Shown here one piece after another: positions 49,779 through 60,725 of a DNA stretch of 64,000 bases. The stretch comes from Terriglobia bacterium (GTDB lineage: Bacteria > Acidobacteriota > Terriglobia > Terriglobales > Acidobacteriaceae), in assembly GCA_963758285.1 (NCBI GenBank), contig CAVWUT010000006.1, positions 434,327-498,326 on the forward strand, read 5' to 3'. The stretch's first letter is position 1. Every line of letters begins with the position of its first letter. A program made the position numbers and the translations under genes. Under the pieces are notes generated by a model. The model made no database searches, was not told the DNA's origin, and was given only the letters and a program-made list of their open reading frames with translations.

Positions 49779-51070
49779 CCTTTCAGCTCATCGGGGTGAA
49801 CCACAAGAGTGCGCCGGTTGAAGTGCGGGAACGCCTTGCGATCCCCGAGTCACATCTGCCGGACGCCTTGAAGCGGCTCGTCCAGCATCCAGGGGTCAAT
49901 GAGGGGATCATCGTCAGCACTTGCAACCGTGTAGAACTGCTGGCCGGAGCACAGAATGGGGGCGCGGACCTGCGCAAATTTCTGGGCGATTATTTCCAGA
50001 TGGACCGTACGCAGATCGATCCTCATCTTTACGAATATCGTGAGCAGGACGCGGTGCGGCATTTGTTCCGGGTAACGTCCAGCCTGGATTCCATGGTGGT
50101 GGGCGAAGCGCAGATTCTCGGCCAAGTGAAGGAAGCTTACGCCACCGCGCGGGCGGTAGGTGCGGTTCATTCGCAGTTGGATCAACTGCTGACTCGCGCC
50201 TTTGCCGTTGCCAAGCGAGTGCGCACGGAAACGGCGGTGGGCTCCTCCGCGGTCTCGGTGGCTTCGGTGGCGGTGGAACTCGCCAAGAAAATCTTCGGCT
50301 CGCTCCAGGGCAAGAACGTCTACCTTGTAGGAGCGGGCAAGATGACCGAACTGGCAGCCCGCCATCTGCTGGCTCATGGCGCCGGATCGATCTTTGTGGC
50401 GAATCGGACCTACGACCGCGCCATCCGTCTGGCGCAAAAGTTTAACGGCCAAGCCATCGAATTCAACCGGCTGTATGATACATGCGACCGCGCCGACATC
50501 GTCATCACTTCCACCGGTGCGCCGCACGCCATCTTCCGCCGCGAACATGGCGAGCAGTTCCTCAGCCGCCGAAAAAACCGTCCCATGTTCTTCATCGATA
50601 TTGCCGTGCCGCGCGATGTCGATCCGGAGATGAACAAGCTGGACGGCATTTTCGTTTATGACATTGACGACTTGCAGCAGGGCGTGGCCAGCCATGTGGC
50701 CGACCGAAAGAAGGAGGCCGAGCGAGCGGACCAGATTATCAACACCGAAGTCGAACGCTTCCAGGCTCGCCTGCAAACGCTCGACGTGGTTCCCACGATC
50801 GTTTCTCTGCAGGACCACCTGGAGACCATTCGCCAGGCGGAAATCGACCGGGTGCGCGGGCGTCTGGGCCAACTGTCTCCCGAGCAACACCTCGCGGTGG
50901 AAACTCTCACTCGCGGCATCGTAAACAAGATCATGCACACCCCCATCAGCACCCTGAAAACGGCCGCGCGCGAGTCCGAAGCTACTACGGTGGTCGAGGT
51001 GGTCCGCCGCCTCTTCAATCTGCAACAGAAGAATGCGTCCGATGACCCCGGCTCCGGAGGACGCAACTGA
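49775..51070 (+). CDS. hemA: glutamyl-tRNA reductase
   Basis: [16 protein letters not shown]...STCNRVEL and the NAD-binding [12 protein letters not shown]. Confidence 0.95.
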   Translation: MTFQLIGVNHKSAPVEVRERLAIPESHLPDALKRLVQHPGVNEGIIVSTCNRVELLAGAQNGGADLRKFLGDYFQMDRTQIDPHLYEYREQDAVRHLFRVTSSLDSMVVGEAQILGQVKEAYATARAVGAVHSQLDQLLTRAFAVAKRVRTETAVGSSAVSVASVAVELAKKIFGSLQGKNVYLVGAGKMTELAARHLLAHGAGSIFVANRTYDRAIRLAQKFNGQAIEFNRLYDTCDRADIVITSTGAPHAIFRREHGEQFLSRRKNRPMFFIDIAVPRDVDPEMNKLDGIFVYDIDDLQQGVASHVADRKKEAERADQIINTEVERFQARLQTLDVVPTIVSLQDHLETIRQAEIDRVRGRLGQLSPEQHLAVETLTRGIVNKIMHTPISTLKTAARESEATTVVEVVRRLFNLQQKNASDDPGSGGRN

Positions 51071-52005
51071 TGGCCTGTCTGCGCATCGGTTCTCGCGGAT
51101 CGCAACTCGCACTTTGGCAGGCCCATCACATCAGCGCTCTTCTGCGTGGGCGGGGCCACGAAGTCGAACTGGAAATCATCAAGACGACCGGCGACAAGAT
51201 TCTCGACGTTGCCCTGGCCAAGGTGGGCACGAAGGGCATGTTCACCAAAGAGATTGAAGAAGCGCTCGCCGAGGGCCGCGTCGATCTCGCGGTGCATAGC
51301 CTGAAGGACCTCCCGACTCAACTTTCGCCGGGGTTCGAGATTGCCGCCATCACCGCCCGTGAAAATCCTCGCGACGTGTTCTGCTCAGTCCACCACTCCA
51401 GAATTGAAGACTTGCCGCGAGGCGGGCGGGTCGGCACCAGCAGTCTTCGCCGACAGGCGCAATTGAAGGCATTGCGCGCCGATCTCAAGATTCACCCCCT
51501 CCGCGGCAATGTCGACACCCGTCTCCGCAAGCTGGAACAGGGCGAATATGACGCAATTATCCTGGCTGCAGCCGGGTTGAACCGGCTCGGCAAGACTGAA
51601 CTGGTGAAGCAAGTGATTCCCGCTGAGGTAATGTGCCCCGCGGCCGGACAGGGTGCGCTGGGATTAGAAATTCGCGCCGGCGACGCGGCCATCCGACAGC
51701 ATTTGGTCTTTCTCGATGATTCTGCCGCGCGCGTTTCCACCACCTGCGAGCGAGCAACCCTGAATAAATTGGGCGGAGGCTGCCAGGTCCCCATCGGAGC
51801 GTTTGCCGAGGTGCGAAACGGCCGCGTGTATCTAAATGCCATCGTAGCTCATCCCGACGGATCGAAGGTGTTGCGGGAATCGCTTGACGGTGTGGACCCT
51901 ATCGCACTCGGCGAAGCGGTCGGCGAAACCTTGCTGCGACGCGGCGGCGAAGCCATCCTGGAAGAAGTCTACGGGAAGGAAATAGCGGTTCCGCAGCAAC
52001 CGTGA
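51070..52005 (+). CDS. hemC: hydroxymethylbilane synthase (porphobilinogen deaminase)
   Basis: [13 protein letters not shown]..., [19 protein letters not shown]. Start overlaps the hemA stop (TGATG). Confidence 0.95.
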   Translation: MACLRIGSRGSQLALWQAHHISALLRGRGHEVELEIIKTTGDKILDVALAKVGTKGMFTKEIEEALAEGRVDLAVHSLKDLPTQLSPGFEIAAITARENPRDVFCSVHHSRIEDLPRGGRVGTSSLRRQAQLKALRADLKIHPLRGNVDTRLRKLEQGEYDAIILAAAGLNRLGKTELVKQVIPAEVMCPAAGQGALGLEIRAGDAAIRQHLVFLDDSAARVSTTCERATLNKLGGGCQVPIGAFAEVRNGRVYLNAIVAHPDGSKVLRESLDGVDPIALGEAVGETLLRRGGEAILEEVYGKEIAVPQQP

Positions 52006-52069
52006 ACGTGTGTCGCGCGGAAAGCGTGTGGCGTAGACACTCCTGTCCGCGCAGGCGGAAATTCAACAG

Positions 52070-52923
52070 ATGAAGAGCCCCACGGAACTGCCGCTTGCTG
52101 GCCTCCGCATCCTGGTTGGCCGCGCCCGCCATCAAGCCAGCGCATTGTCTTGTGATCTTCGCAAGCTGGGCGCGGAGGTCATCGAGATTCCCTTCATTGA
52201 GATTCGCAAGTCGCGATCTTACAAGCCTCTCGACGCAGCTCTGAAGAACCTGGCCGGTTACGATTGGCTCATTCTGACCAGCGTGAACGGTGTGGACGCC
52301 CTTTGGGATCGCCTTCGGAAGCTTCATCTCGCCAGGCGGCACCTGCGGCACCTGAAAATTGCGGCGATTGGCCCGGCTACCAGGAAGGCGATAGAACAGC
52401 ACGGATTGAAGGCCAATGTGGTCCCTGAGGAGTACGTGGCCGAATCCGTCGTCAGGAGCTTGCGGAACAGGGTGAAAGGGAAGCGAGTGCTACTGGCGCG
52501 CGCCAAGCTGGCCCGTGATGTCATTCCCGCGAACTACGTAAGCTGGGCGCACAGGTGGATGTGGTCGAGGCCTACGAAACCGTAATCCCGCCATCTTCCC
52601 GCCGTCGGTTGCGCGCCGTTTTGAAGACTCCCAATCGCCGTCTGGATGTGATCACGTTTACCAGTTCTTCGACCGCGCGAAACTTTCTCGCACTCCTTGC
52701 CGGCAAGGCGCCCCAGCGGCAAACCGCGCGCGGCCGCAAGCTTGCGGGAATGAAATTGGCTTCGATTGGTCCGGTAACCTCTTCAACGCTGCGCCAGCTG
52801 GGTCTTCCGGTCCACATCGAGGCCCGAGAACACACCATCCCCGGCTTGGTTGCGGGCGATCGTCCGCGCCGCGCACGTTCGCTAAGGAATTCTGGCGGCT
52901 CGAACAGAGCATATACAGCCTAA
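52070..52923 (+). pseudogene. hemD: uroporphyrinogen-III synthase, frame-disrupted as sequenced
   Basis: ORFs 52070..52585 and 52555..52923 join as ...ARDVIPA / ELRKLGAQVDVVEAYETV... if one nt is added near 52529-52531. Confidence 0.85.
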
Positions 52924-53019
52924 GAGGCTTGAAACGCTTGTTTCCAACAAGATGTTTTTGGCGTGGCTGAAAGCCGCGCCCTTTCAAATCACAGCCGTTG
53001 ACGCACGCCGGAGAGTTTC

Positions 53020-55000
53020 CTATTCCGTCAGCGTGCAGCCGCAGTCCGCCGGGGGTACATGAGCCCTCAGAAACTCCGAAACTCGCTTGTAGGCGTCGAT
53101 CTGATTCTCAACCTTGGCGAAACCGTGGCCTTCGTTTTCGTACACCTTGTACTCAACCTTGCCGCCGCGTTTGTTGATTGCATCGACGACCTGCTGCGCT
53201 TCGCTGTCCGGGCATCTGGGATCATGCTCGCCGGCCAGTAACAGCAGCGGCGCCCTGATCTGATCCGCAAAGAAGATCGGCGAACGTCGCGATACCGTTC
53301 CTTGTTTTTTTCGGGATCACCCATGGTCGCCAGGTCCGACTGTTGCAGCACCGGGTCCTCGTGTTGAATCTCGGTGAACCAGTTCACGAAGGGCACGATG
53401 GGCACGCCCGCCGCCCACACATCCGGAGCTTTGGTGACGCCCATCATCGTGAGGTAGCCGCCATAGCTTCCGCCCATGAGCGCAATCTTGCTCGGATCAA
53501 GATATCCGGTTTGCTTGATAAAGTCCGCCGCGGCCAGCACATCCAGCAAATCTCCGCCGCCCATATCGAACAGATTCGCCTGCTGGAAGTCCTTGCCGTA
53601 GCCAGTCGATCCACGATAGTTCGGGGCAATCACCATGTAACCCTGGTTCACAATGTGCTGCACAAACCGGTTAAACGAATTCACCGTTTGCACGGCCGGC
53701 CCACCGTGCACATAGACCACGGCAGCGTTCTTGCCATTGCGAATCATGTTGTAGGGCACGTAGACAAAAGCTGAGATCGTCCATTTGCCGTCGCGGCTGG
53801 GATAGTGAACCAGAAATGGTTCAACCATCGCTTCCGAGCGTACACCGCCCACCAGCGAGTTCGTAAGCTGCTGCGACTTATTGGCTCCGATTTGATAAAC
53901 CCACAAATCGCCGGGCGCGGTCGGGCCCGTGTGGTAGTAGAGCAAACGAGTGCTGTCCTTGCTGAAAGCGGAAGGGGTGCCGTGGGGGCTCATTGACGCC
54001 CTGACCCAAGTCTAGCCGCGTACTCTTGCCAGTCGCCAGCTCGTGCAGGTAAGTGTCAGTATTGCCCTCCACATTCGCCGACCAGGTCACGGACCTCCCA
54101 TCGGGCGAAAAGTTGGCTCCGTTGATCTCCCACTTATCCTTGGTCAACCAGGAGATTTTCTTCGTGGGAATATCGAGCAGTCCGACGTTGTCATGGCCGC
54201 TGGCATTGGACGTAATGAGCAACTTCGTTCCATCCGGCGACATGTCATTGGCGCGGTAAAGCGCTTCGCCGTCGTGAGGCGTCAGCAGCCTGCTCTGCCC
54301 GGCAGCCACCTCGGCGATGAAAATATTGGAATCCGTACCTTTCGCCTGCTCTTGGGTGTAGGCGATCCACTTGCCGTCACGCGACCAGATCGGATTTTCG
54401 TTCAGCTTGTCCGCCGGCGTGCCCGTGGTGATGTGCCGGGCCTCCCGCATCAGCATGTCATGAGACGTCAATTTCGTACACTGACGAAGTCTTCGGCTTT
54501 ACTGTGTAGGCGAGGTAGCGTGCGTCGGGCGACCAGCGCGGCGACTCCTCCGCGATTTCCCGCGTGTGGGTCAGGTTGACCACCCGGCCGTCTTTCGGTG
54601 AAACCAGAAAAATGTCCCACTGTTCGTCGCCGTCGTAGTCCGACATGTAGGCGATCCACTTGCTATCCGGCGACCACACGGGTTGCGTCTGCCGCTGGTC
54701 GCTGATGGTCAACTGCGTGGGCCAACCGCCATCCGCCGGCACCAGCCAGAGATTATTCCGGCCGCTGATGTTGCTGACGAACACGACGGTCTTGCCATCC
54801 GGCGACCACGATGCCGCACCAACCTGCCGGGTCATGTACAGGCGCTCGATCGACAGATTCTGCTGAAACTGTTCCACGTCCGCGTTCGGTTTGCTCGTAA
54901 TTTGCTTGGGATCGGTGATGGCTTCCGGAACAGGCCGAGTTTGGGCTGGAGCCAGCGTGGTCATGAATATGACGATAGCAAATGAGATGAGAGCGCGCAT
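53020..55000 (-). pseudogene. secreted S9 prolyl oligopeptidase-family peptidase with beta-propeller, three frame disruptions as sequenced
   Basis: Signal peptide from ATG 55000 and the nucleophile motif GGSYGGYLT. Frame changes near 54460-54500, at 53984-53990 (C5 run) and at 53284-53290. The C-terminus ...RSPIFFADQIRAPLLLLAGEHDPRCP...EFLRAH continues in a third frame to TAG 53022-53020. Confidence 0.85.
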
Positions 55001-55128
55001 GAGGGCTTGGAAAACTCTGAGATTACCTTGATCAGTTTTCAAATGGAAGTTTAGCAGAGCGGGCTGCCGGGTCCCGTCTGCGACCGATTTCGCTCGGGAA
55101 TTGCCCGAATTAAGATGCGGTGATCTGG

Positions 55129-55753
55129 CTACTTCGCCCGTTTGTGAATTTCCACCGTGCTCCAGGTCTTGTCGGCGGCGTGACAGATGCTCTCCAGCGG
55201 ACAATCGGAACATTTCGGTTTACGCGCGATGCACAGCTTGCGCCCGTGCCAGATGATCTGGTGCGCAAACAGGATCCACTTTCCAGGCGGGATCACCTTC
55301 ATCAGATCCCGCTCGATCTTTGACGGGTCAGTATTTCTCGTCAGCTCAAGCCGGCGCGAGATACGCGTGACATGGGTATCCACGACTACGTACCTTGCCG
55401 AACCACGTTCCCAGCAGGACATTGGCAGTTTTTCGGGCCACTCCGGGCAAGGTGAGCAGCTTATCCATCTCGTCCGGAATCTCGCCGCGAAACTCGCTGA
55501 CAATTTTCTTTGCGGCGCCAACAACGGACTTCGCTTTGTTACGAAAAAATCCGGTCGAATAAATATCCGGTTCAAGCTGTTCAGGTGTCAGCGCGGCAAA
55601 ATCCTTCACTGTCGGATATTTCCTGAACAGCTCAGGCGTCACTCGATTTACGGTTGCGTCGGTCGATTGCGCGGAAAGGATCGTTGCCACCAGCAGCTCC
55701 CATGGGCTCTGGTGAGTGAGCGCGCAGGTCGCATCGGGATAAAGCTGATCCAA
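55129..55753 (-). pseudogene. nth: endonuclease III, frame-disrupted as sequenced
   Basis: LLVATILSAQSTDATVN...LPGVARKTANVLLGTWFGK / VVDTHVTRISRRL...CIARKPKCSDCPLESIC, split near 55388-55396. A second shift near 55765 would give ...PERIARILQRLDQLYPDA. Confidence 0.85.
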
Positions 55754-55850
55754 TCGTTGGAGAATCTGGCTATCCGCTCCGGGGCGAGCGGATTGTAGCC
55801 CTTCGATTCGGCGCCGCGAACTGGCTTGGCTTTCTTTGGTTGCGGCGCAG

Positions 55851-55915
55851 GGACAGGCGTCCTCGCCCGTCCGCGGGTCGCAGGTTGAGCGCCTTTGGCG
55901 GACAGGAATGTCCGC
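55851..55915. repeat. two REP-like hairpins upstream of nth
   Basis: GGACAGGCG-tcct-CGCCCGTCC (55851-55872) and GCGGACA-ggaa-TGTCCGC (55898-55915). ORF 55648..55980 translates them. Confidence 0.5.
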
Positions 55916-56429
55916 GCCACACGTGCTTTCTCATGGCGTCCAGTCTTGGCCGGTTGTCGTGGAACTACCCCACGTGGCATCAGTTCATCTCCTGAGGTCC
56001 CAACGAGACCTAAATGTTAGCAGAACAGTGGCGGTTGACAATTGACGCCATGCTGGTAGCTAGGTAGTCTGAAGGTAGATTCTACAAAATTACTATGGCA
56101 GTGAAGTACCATTTAGACTCGGGCAGGTGTGGCGACAGGATGCCAGCGGTCAGGATTATCTCGTCACCAAGGTTTACAGCGAAGTCTTCAGTCAGTACGC
56201 CGTTTTACGGCCAGCCGAGGTGACCGCGCCCGACGCTCCCGCAGTACGCGTGAAGGTCTCGAAAAACACCAACGGTGTAGCTTGTCCGGATTCACATTTA
56301 CGCAGGAGGGTTCGTTCTAGTTCTCATGGAGACGTTGCTTGCAACGTGTCACGGTTGAAGATGCAGCCAGCTGCGTTGCTACGACTTTCGGCCATCGCCG
56401 CATGACGGAAAAAATCCTCGCTATTCTGT

Positions 56430-57029
56430 TTGTCTTCATCAAGTCAGTCATCGCCGCGACCGGCTATGGCGGACTTGCTCGTTCTCATGGCGATCGAGTC
56501 CGCCTGCATCCCGCTGCCCTCCGAGCTGATCATGCCGTTTGCCGGCTACCTGGTGTTTGAAGGCACAATGAGGCTGGTGTGGGTGGCCACCGCCGGCGCC
56601 ATCGGATGCAATCTCGGATCGCTGGTGGCCTACGAAATTGGCTGCTACGGCGGCCGCCCGCTGGTGGAAAAATATGGCCGCTGGATTCTGCTCAGCCACC
56701 GCGAACTCAACTGGGCCGACCACTTCTTCGCCCGCTGGGGATACCTGGCAGTATTCATTGCGCGCTTGCTGCCCGTGATCCGGACGTTCATTGCTCTGCC
56801 TGCGGGAATCGCGCGCATGCCCCGCGGGCGCTTTCACATATACACCTTTCTCGGATCATGGCCTTGGTGCTTTGGGCTGGCGTGGCTCGGCCTGAAGCTG
56901 GGCGAAAACTGGCGAGAGTTAGGCAAGTATTTCCACAAGTTTGACGCGGTCATCGGCGCGGTGCTGGCGCTGGGGATCATCTGGTTCGCCTGGTCGCATT
57001 GGCAGAACAGAATTAGCGCAGCAGAATAG
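56430..57029 (+). CDS. dedA: DedA-family membrane protein (N-terminus apparently displaced by a frame change)
   Basis: LMAIESACIPLPSELIMPFAGYLV... The typical N-terminus MTEKILAILFVFIKSVIAATGYGGL sits in another frame from ATG 56402, implying a shift near 56472-56482. Confidence 0.8.
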   Translation: MSSSSQSSPRPAMADLLVLMAIESACIPLPSELIMPFAGYLVFEGTMRLVWVATAGAIGCNLGSLVAYEIGCYGGRPLVEKYGRWILLSHRELNWADHFFARWGYLAVFIARLLPVIRTFIALPAGIARMPRGRFHIYTFLGSWPWCFGLAWLGLKLGENWRELGKYFHKFDAVIGAVLALGIIWFAWSHWQNRISAAE

Positions 57030-57048
57030 AAGTGACACAGACCATGAG

Positions 57049-57071
57049 GGGACAGGCGTCCTCGCCGCTCC
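57049..57071. repeat. degenerate GGGACAGGCG-family hairpin
   Basis: GGGACAGGCGTCCTCGCC is identical over 18 nt to the 55850 copy. Lies 20 nt after the dedA stop. Confidence 0.4.
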
Positions 57072-57105
57072 GGTTGGGCGTAGCCCGGAAGTTCAAGGAG
57101 GTCTT

Positions 57106-57551
57106 ATGAAGCGGTTCATCCTGGTATCGATCCTGCTGGCCTGCAGCACGCTGTTCGCATCGGCCCGAAGCGCTCCGGCCTGGTCGGGGGCCAGCCTTTC
57201 GTGGTCGAGTACTACTACAGGGCCAAGTGGGGGCATGCGGACGAATTTCTCAAACTGTTCAAGAAAAACCACTATCCCCTGCTCAAGAAAGAAGTCGAGA
57301 TGGGCCGCTTGATCAAGGTCTGGATGGATCAACCGCGCTACCACGCCACGGAAGACGGCCGCTGGGATTATCGCGTGACCATCGTCTTCACAAACGCTAC
57401 CGTGGCCAATGAACCGTTCGACGAAGACGCGCTGAAGAAGCAATTGTTCCCCGATCAGGAGACTTATCAGAAAGAAGAACAGCGCCGCTTCGAGATTCTC
57501 GATGCGCATTGGGATTTGCCGATCAAGACGGTCGAACTGGAAGCGAAATGA
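57106..57551 (+). CDS. small secreted protein of unknown function, frame-disrupted as sequenced
   Basis: Strong RBS AAGGAGG then ATG 57106 and signal peptide MKRFILVSILLACSTLFASA. The body (VVEYYYRAKWGHADEF..., ORF 57201..57551) is in another frame. One extra G in the G5 run 57186-57190 would join them. Confidence 0.6.
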
Positions 57552-58045
57552 GGGCGAGATCACTGTCATCAACCATCCATTGATTTGTAACACTCCAGCT
57601 TGATCTGGCGCAGGTCGGCACGTGAAAATCAAGACTGTCCGATGCGCCGCTGCTTCGGTTTTCCCCGGTTCGGACGATCTCCCACGAGTCCCATCCAATT
57701 GCTGGTTACTTTAGTGCGGGAACGTGACTTGCATCACATGGTCTTGTGAGGATGGAGTGCCGATACTAACGACAGGGCATGGTACGCAACATTGCCAAGC
57801 CCTGCTCTTTTTCAGGCCATACCCTGGGCTCTGCTGAAATCGAGCCGGAACCGCGCCTGCCGCTATGACAGTTGGCTGCAATGTTGGTATCGCTAGCGCT
57901 AAGGACAAGATTGTACCTCTGTTGCCCCATTTCGACCGGCTCAAGATCATTACCGACGTGTTTGGCGGCCTTCCGCCGCAGGCAGCGGGATCGATGCTAA
58001 CGCGATCCATCGGTCATAACGGCTCGTGCAGACGCGAAAGGCGAC

Positions 58046-58686
58046 ATGCCTGACAAGAAAGCCACAAGCGAGAGGATACTCAGGATGGCATTCACCGTCC
58101 TGATTGCTCTCTTGATGGGGATCGGCTACCTGGGGCTTAGCCGAATGAACCAAATCAATACCGATTTGAGCGATGTGCTAGGCAGGCACTGGCACCAAAG
58201 TGCGCTTGTCCCGCGAGGCACTCGCATACTCGAGCCGCAACAGTCGTATCACGATGGAACTTTTCCTTGTCAGGGATAAGGCGGAGATCGACTCCCTCCT
58301 GAAAAACAGGGTTGAGAATAGCCAACACATCTCAGCTCGAATCTCGAAGATCGAGAGTCAGTGCGATGGTCCGGAGGAGAAACAACTGCTCGCGGCTGTC
58401 AAAGATGCGAGAGCCCCATATGTCGCGAGCTACCTGCGTACCCTGCATTTGCTGGTGGATGAACACGACCCAGACGCGGCCAGAATCGTCATGGTCGGCG
58501 AATCGACGCCGGCATGCTCAAATATTCACTCGGCTTGGGAGGACTTCGCGCAATTCCAGATGGACGAGATTGAACAGAGCCGCCAGAGAGAGCAAGACGC
58601 GGTATGCCACGGCCCTGGTCTGGTCCGTGTTGCTGATCGGGCTGTCAGTGTTTGTCGGCAGCTTCGATGGCCTGTTCAACCGCTCC
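58046..58686 (+). pseudogene. N-terminal fragment of a 4HB_MCP-type sensor (chemoreceptor or sensor kinase), frameshifted and truncated
   Basis: TM1 AFTVLIALLMGIGYLGLSRMNQI, a four-helix-bundle-like body, and TM2 ATALVWSVLLIGLSVFVGSF, spread over three frames (58046, 58200, 58312). No HAMP or signalling domain follows. Confidence 0.55.
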
Positions 58687-58990
58687 GGCCCGAATTATCG
58701 CGAGGTTGTCGGCCGTTTCACGGTACGCCGCACCAACGGCGATCTTCTCGGCGTGATGAAGCCGAGTTGCCGTACCTTTCCGGCGCGCAACATGGCGACC
58801 ATCGAAGCCGCGTTGATGCGGCAGGGCATGAGCCAGATCTATCTTTCGCTGGACGATCCCGCCCCTGATGGCACTGTTCCGGTCCGGCTCTATTCAAGCC
58901 GCTGGTGTTGTTGATCTGGCTCGGCGCGCTGATCATGTTCGTCGGCGGCGGCCTGTCGCTGTCCGACCGGAGGCTGCGCGGTGGGCGCGC
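58687..58990 (+). pseudogene. ccmF: 3' fragment of cytochrome c heme lyase subunit CcmF
   Basis: GPNYREVVGRFTV...ATIEAAL...SQIYLSLDDP...VRLYSS / LVLLIWLGALIMFVGGGLSLSDRRLR matches the conserved CcmF C-terminus. One frame change near 58900. No upstream CcmF body. Confidence 0.6.
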
Positions 58991-59223
58991 CGAAACCAAC
59001 CCGAGCGAGCGTCGCCACGCAGAACTCGCATGTCCCTCAAATGCCCAGGCGCAGTTTGGAATTGATCTAGCTCTAAAGTCCGAGCGCCTGAGCCTCAAAT
59101 CATTGCGTCGAGCATTGCCCGATGCGACTGCGCGTATGGAGTAACATTTCAAAAGCGTGGAGGCTCTCGATGAGACAATTGCTGTCCTCCGGCTTTCGCC
59201 CAGTATTGAGGCCCGAGGCGGAG

Positions 59224-59673
59224 ATGTTGCTGCGATTGCGCAGTCCAAACGACGATACGGCTAAGTTGAGAACAAAGCTGCGCGAAGCCGGACTCCGTCC
59301 GACACGAACGCGCCTGGCGCTTAGCGCACTTTTGTTCTCCAAAGGTGATCGCCACGTCACCGCGGAGCAGCTTTTTGAAGAGGCGAACCAGGCTAGGGTG
59401 TCGGTGTCGCTCGCTACGGTCTACAACACCCTCCACCAATTCACCCAAGTTGGTTTTCTACGACAAGTGGCAATTGACGCTTCAAAATCTTATTTTGACA
59501 CAAATACTACCGAACATCATCACTTCTATATCGACGATCGGCATGAGCTTATGGATATTCCCCCGACCAATGTGATCATCGGCAAAGCTCCTGTGCCGCC
59601 AGATGGATACGAGATCGCCCGCATCGATGTACTGGTGCGTTTGCGCCGCAAGGCGGATAACCCGCCAGTTTGA
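59224..59673 (+). CDS. irr: Fur-family regulator of the Irr (iron response regulator) type
   Basis: GLRPTRTRLALSALLFSKGDRHVTAEQLFEEA...VSLATVYNTLHQFTQVGFLRQV...TEHHHFY...PPDGYEIARIDVLVRLRRK closely follows rhizobial Irr, including the HHH motif. ATG 59170 is an alternative start. Confidence 0.75.
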   Translation: MLLRLRSPNDDTAKLRTKLREAGLRPTRTRLALSALLFSKGDRHVTAEQLFEEANQARVSVSLATVYNTLHQFTQVGFLRQVAIDASKSYFDTNTTEHHHFYIDDRHELMDIPPTNVIIGKAPVPPDGYEIARIDVLVRLRRKADNPPV

Positions 59674-60515
59674 TTGTCGCGGGATGACGCTCTTATTTGG
59701 CGCCGAGGGGCGCTTTTGAATCTCTATGCCGGGCGCGGCGCCAACAGCGCCCGAGTTTTAAATTACAAAGACCAAGAACTTTTCAAATTGTAGGCTGCCA
59801 GTTCTCTGCAGCCATAGCCGTGCGCAGTTCACGTAGCCGGGGCTGGCAGCGATAGTTCGCGTCAGATCCATCGGCCTGCCACAGCTCGGGCACAAGTGAT
59901 TTGGATTTAGGCTGTCCCCACCCATGCTTAAGATAGTGACTTGCAAGGCGGATCGTGCCGTGATGGCGGTCACAATTGAGTGGGGATGGTCGAACGTGTC
60001 TGTTGCCGCCTCATCGTGACATCGTCCACGATGCGAAGTCGCTTGCCGCCGGGAGTAGTGAACGGGCGTCCCCAACGGCCCGGTCCGTTGGATAGAAGGA
60101 GGGCTGTCATAAAATGGCGATCATTCGCGCGCGTGTTGTAGCCCCATGAGGATAGAGCTCAACTATCAAGCCGAAACCTTCGAAGAGGCAATTTGCCAAA
60201 CCAAGTGATTTACTTGGTCAAGGGCATGCCCCCGCGCAAAATATTGGATCAGCTCATGGCGCGAGGCTTTGTACGGGACCCTGGCAACAACGCGTTGGAG
60301 GTCGTAGCGCAAAGATTAGGGGAGATGGCCGAACAGATGCGCCATGATCGCATTGGCACGGGGGCCCCGCGTAGCCCAAATCCCATGTAACCAAGCTGCC
60401 GAAGCCGTAGCCGGCCGGCGGCGCCCTTCAGCTTGGCGACGGTCATGGCCTTGTCGAATTCCGACAAGGCAACCGCACCTGTACATCCGACATCCCGGTC
60501 ACTCGGAGGCTGGAG

Positions 60516-60725
60516 CTATCGTGGCTCCGGCTGATCGCTTCGGGCCAGCACCCGAGCGTGGTCACAAAGCATGATTAGCCGACCAGGATACTCCTCGACG
60601 CGGGTTCGGTAGATCGATCGGGCGATCTTGAGGTCGGCGTGACGATCGAGGATCTCCTCGATGCCGGCGCCTTCACCGCCCGGCTTGAAAAGCTCGATCG
60701 AGTATCTTGCAATGTCGGTCGGCAT
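60516..60725 (-). CDS. hypothetical 69-aa protein
   Basis: Protein-like MPTDIARYSIELFKPGGEGAGIEEILDRHADLKIARSIYRTRVEEYPGRLIMLCDHARVLARS. No family named. Confidence 0.3.
   Translation of the reverse strand: MPTDIARYSIELFKPGGEGAGIEEILDRHADLKIARSIYRTRVEEYPGRLIMLCDHARVLARSDQPEPR

Noticed and set aside
55648-55980. 110-aa ORF upstream of nth as an independent gene
   Set aside because: It translates two REP-like hairpins (ARTFLSAKG, RGRARTPVPA). At most its 3' end is the N-terminal extension of nth. It is not a separate gene.
52528-57190. Programmed ribosomal frameshifting to explain the split genes
   Set aside because: There is no shared slippery heptamer or downstream structure. The shifts go in both directions and occur in unrelated genes. 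Homopolymer-associated indels point to error or decay.
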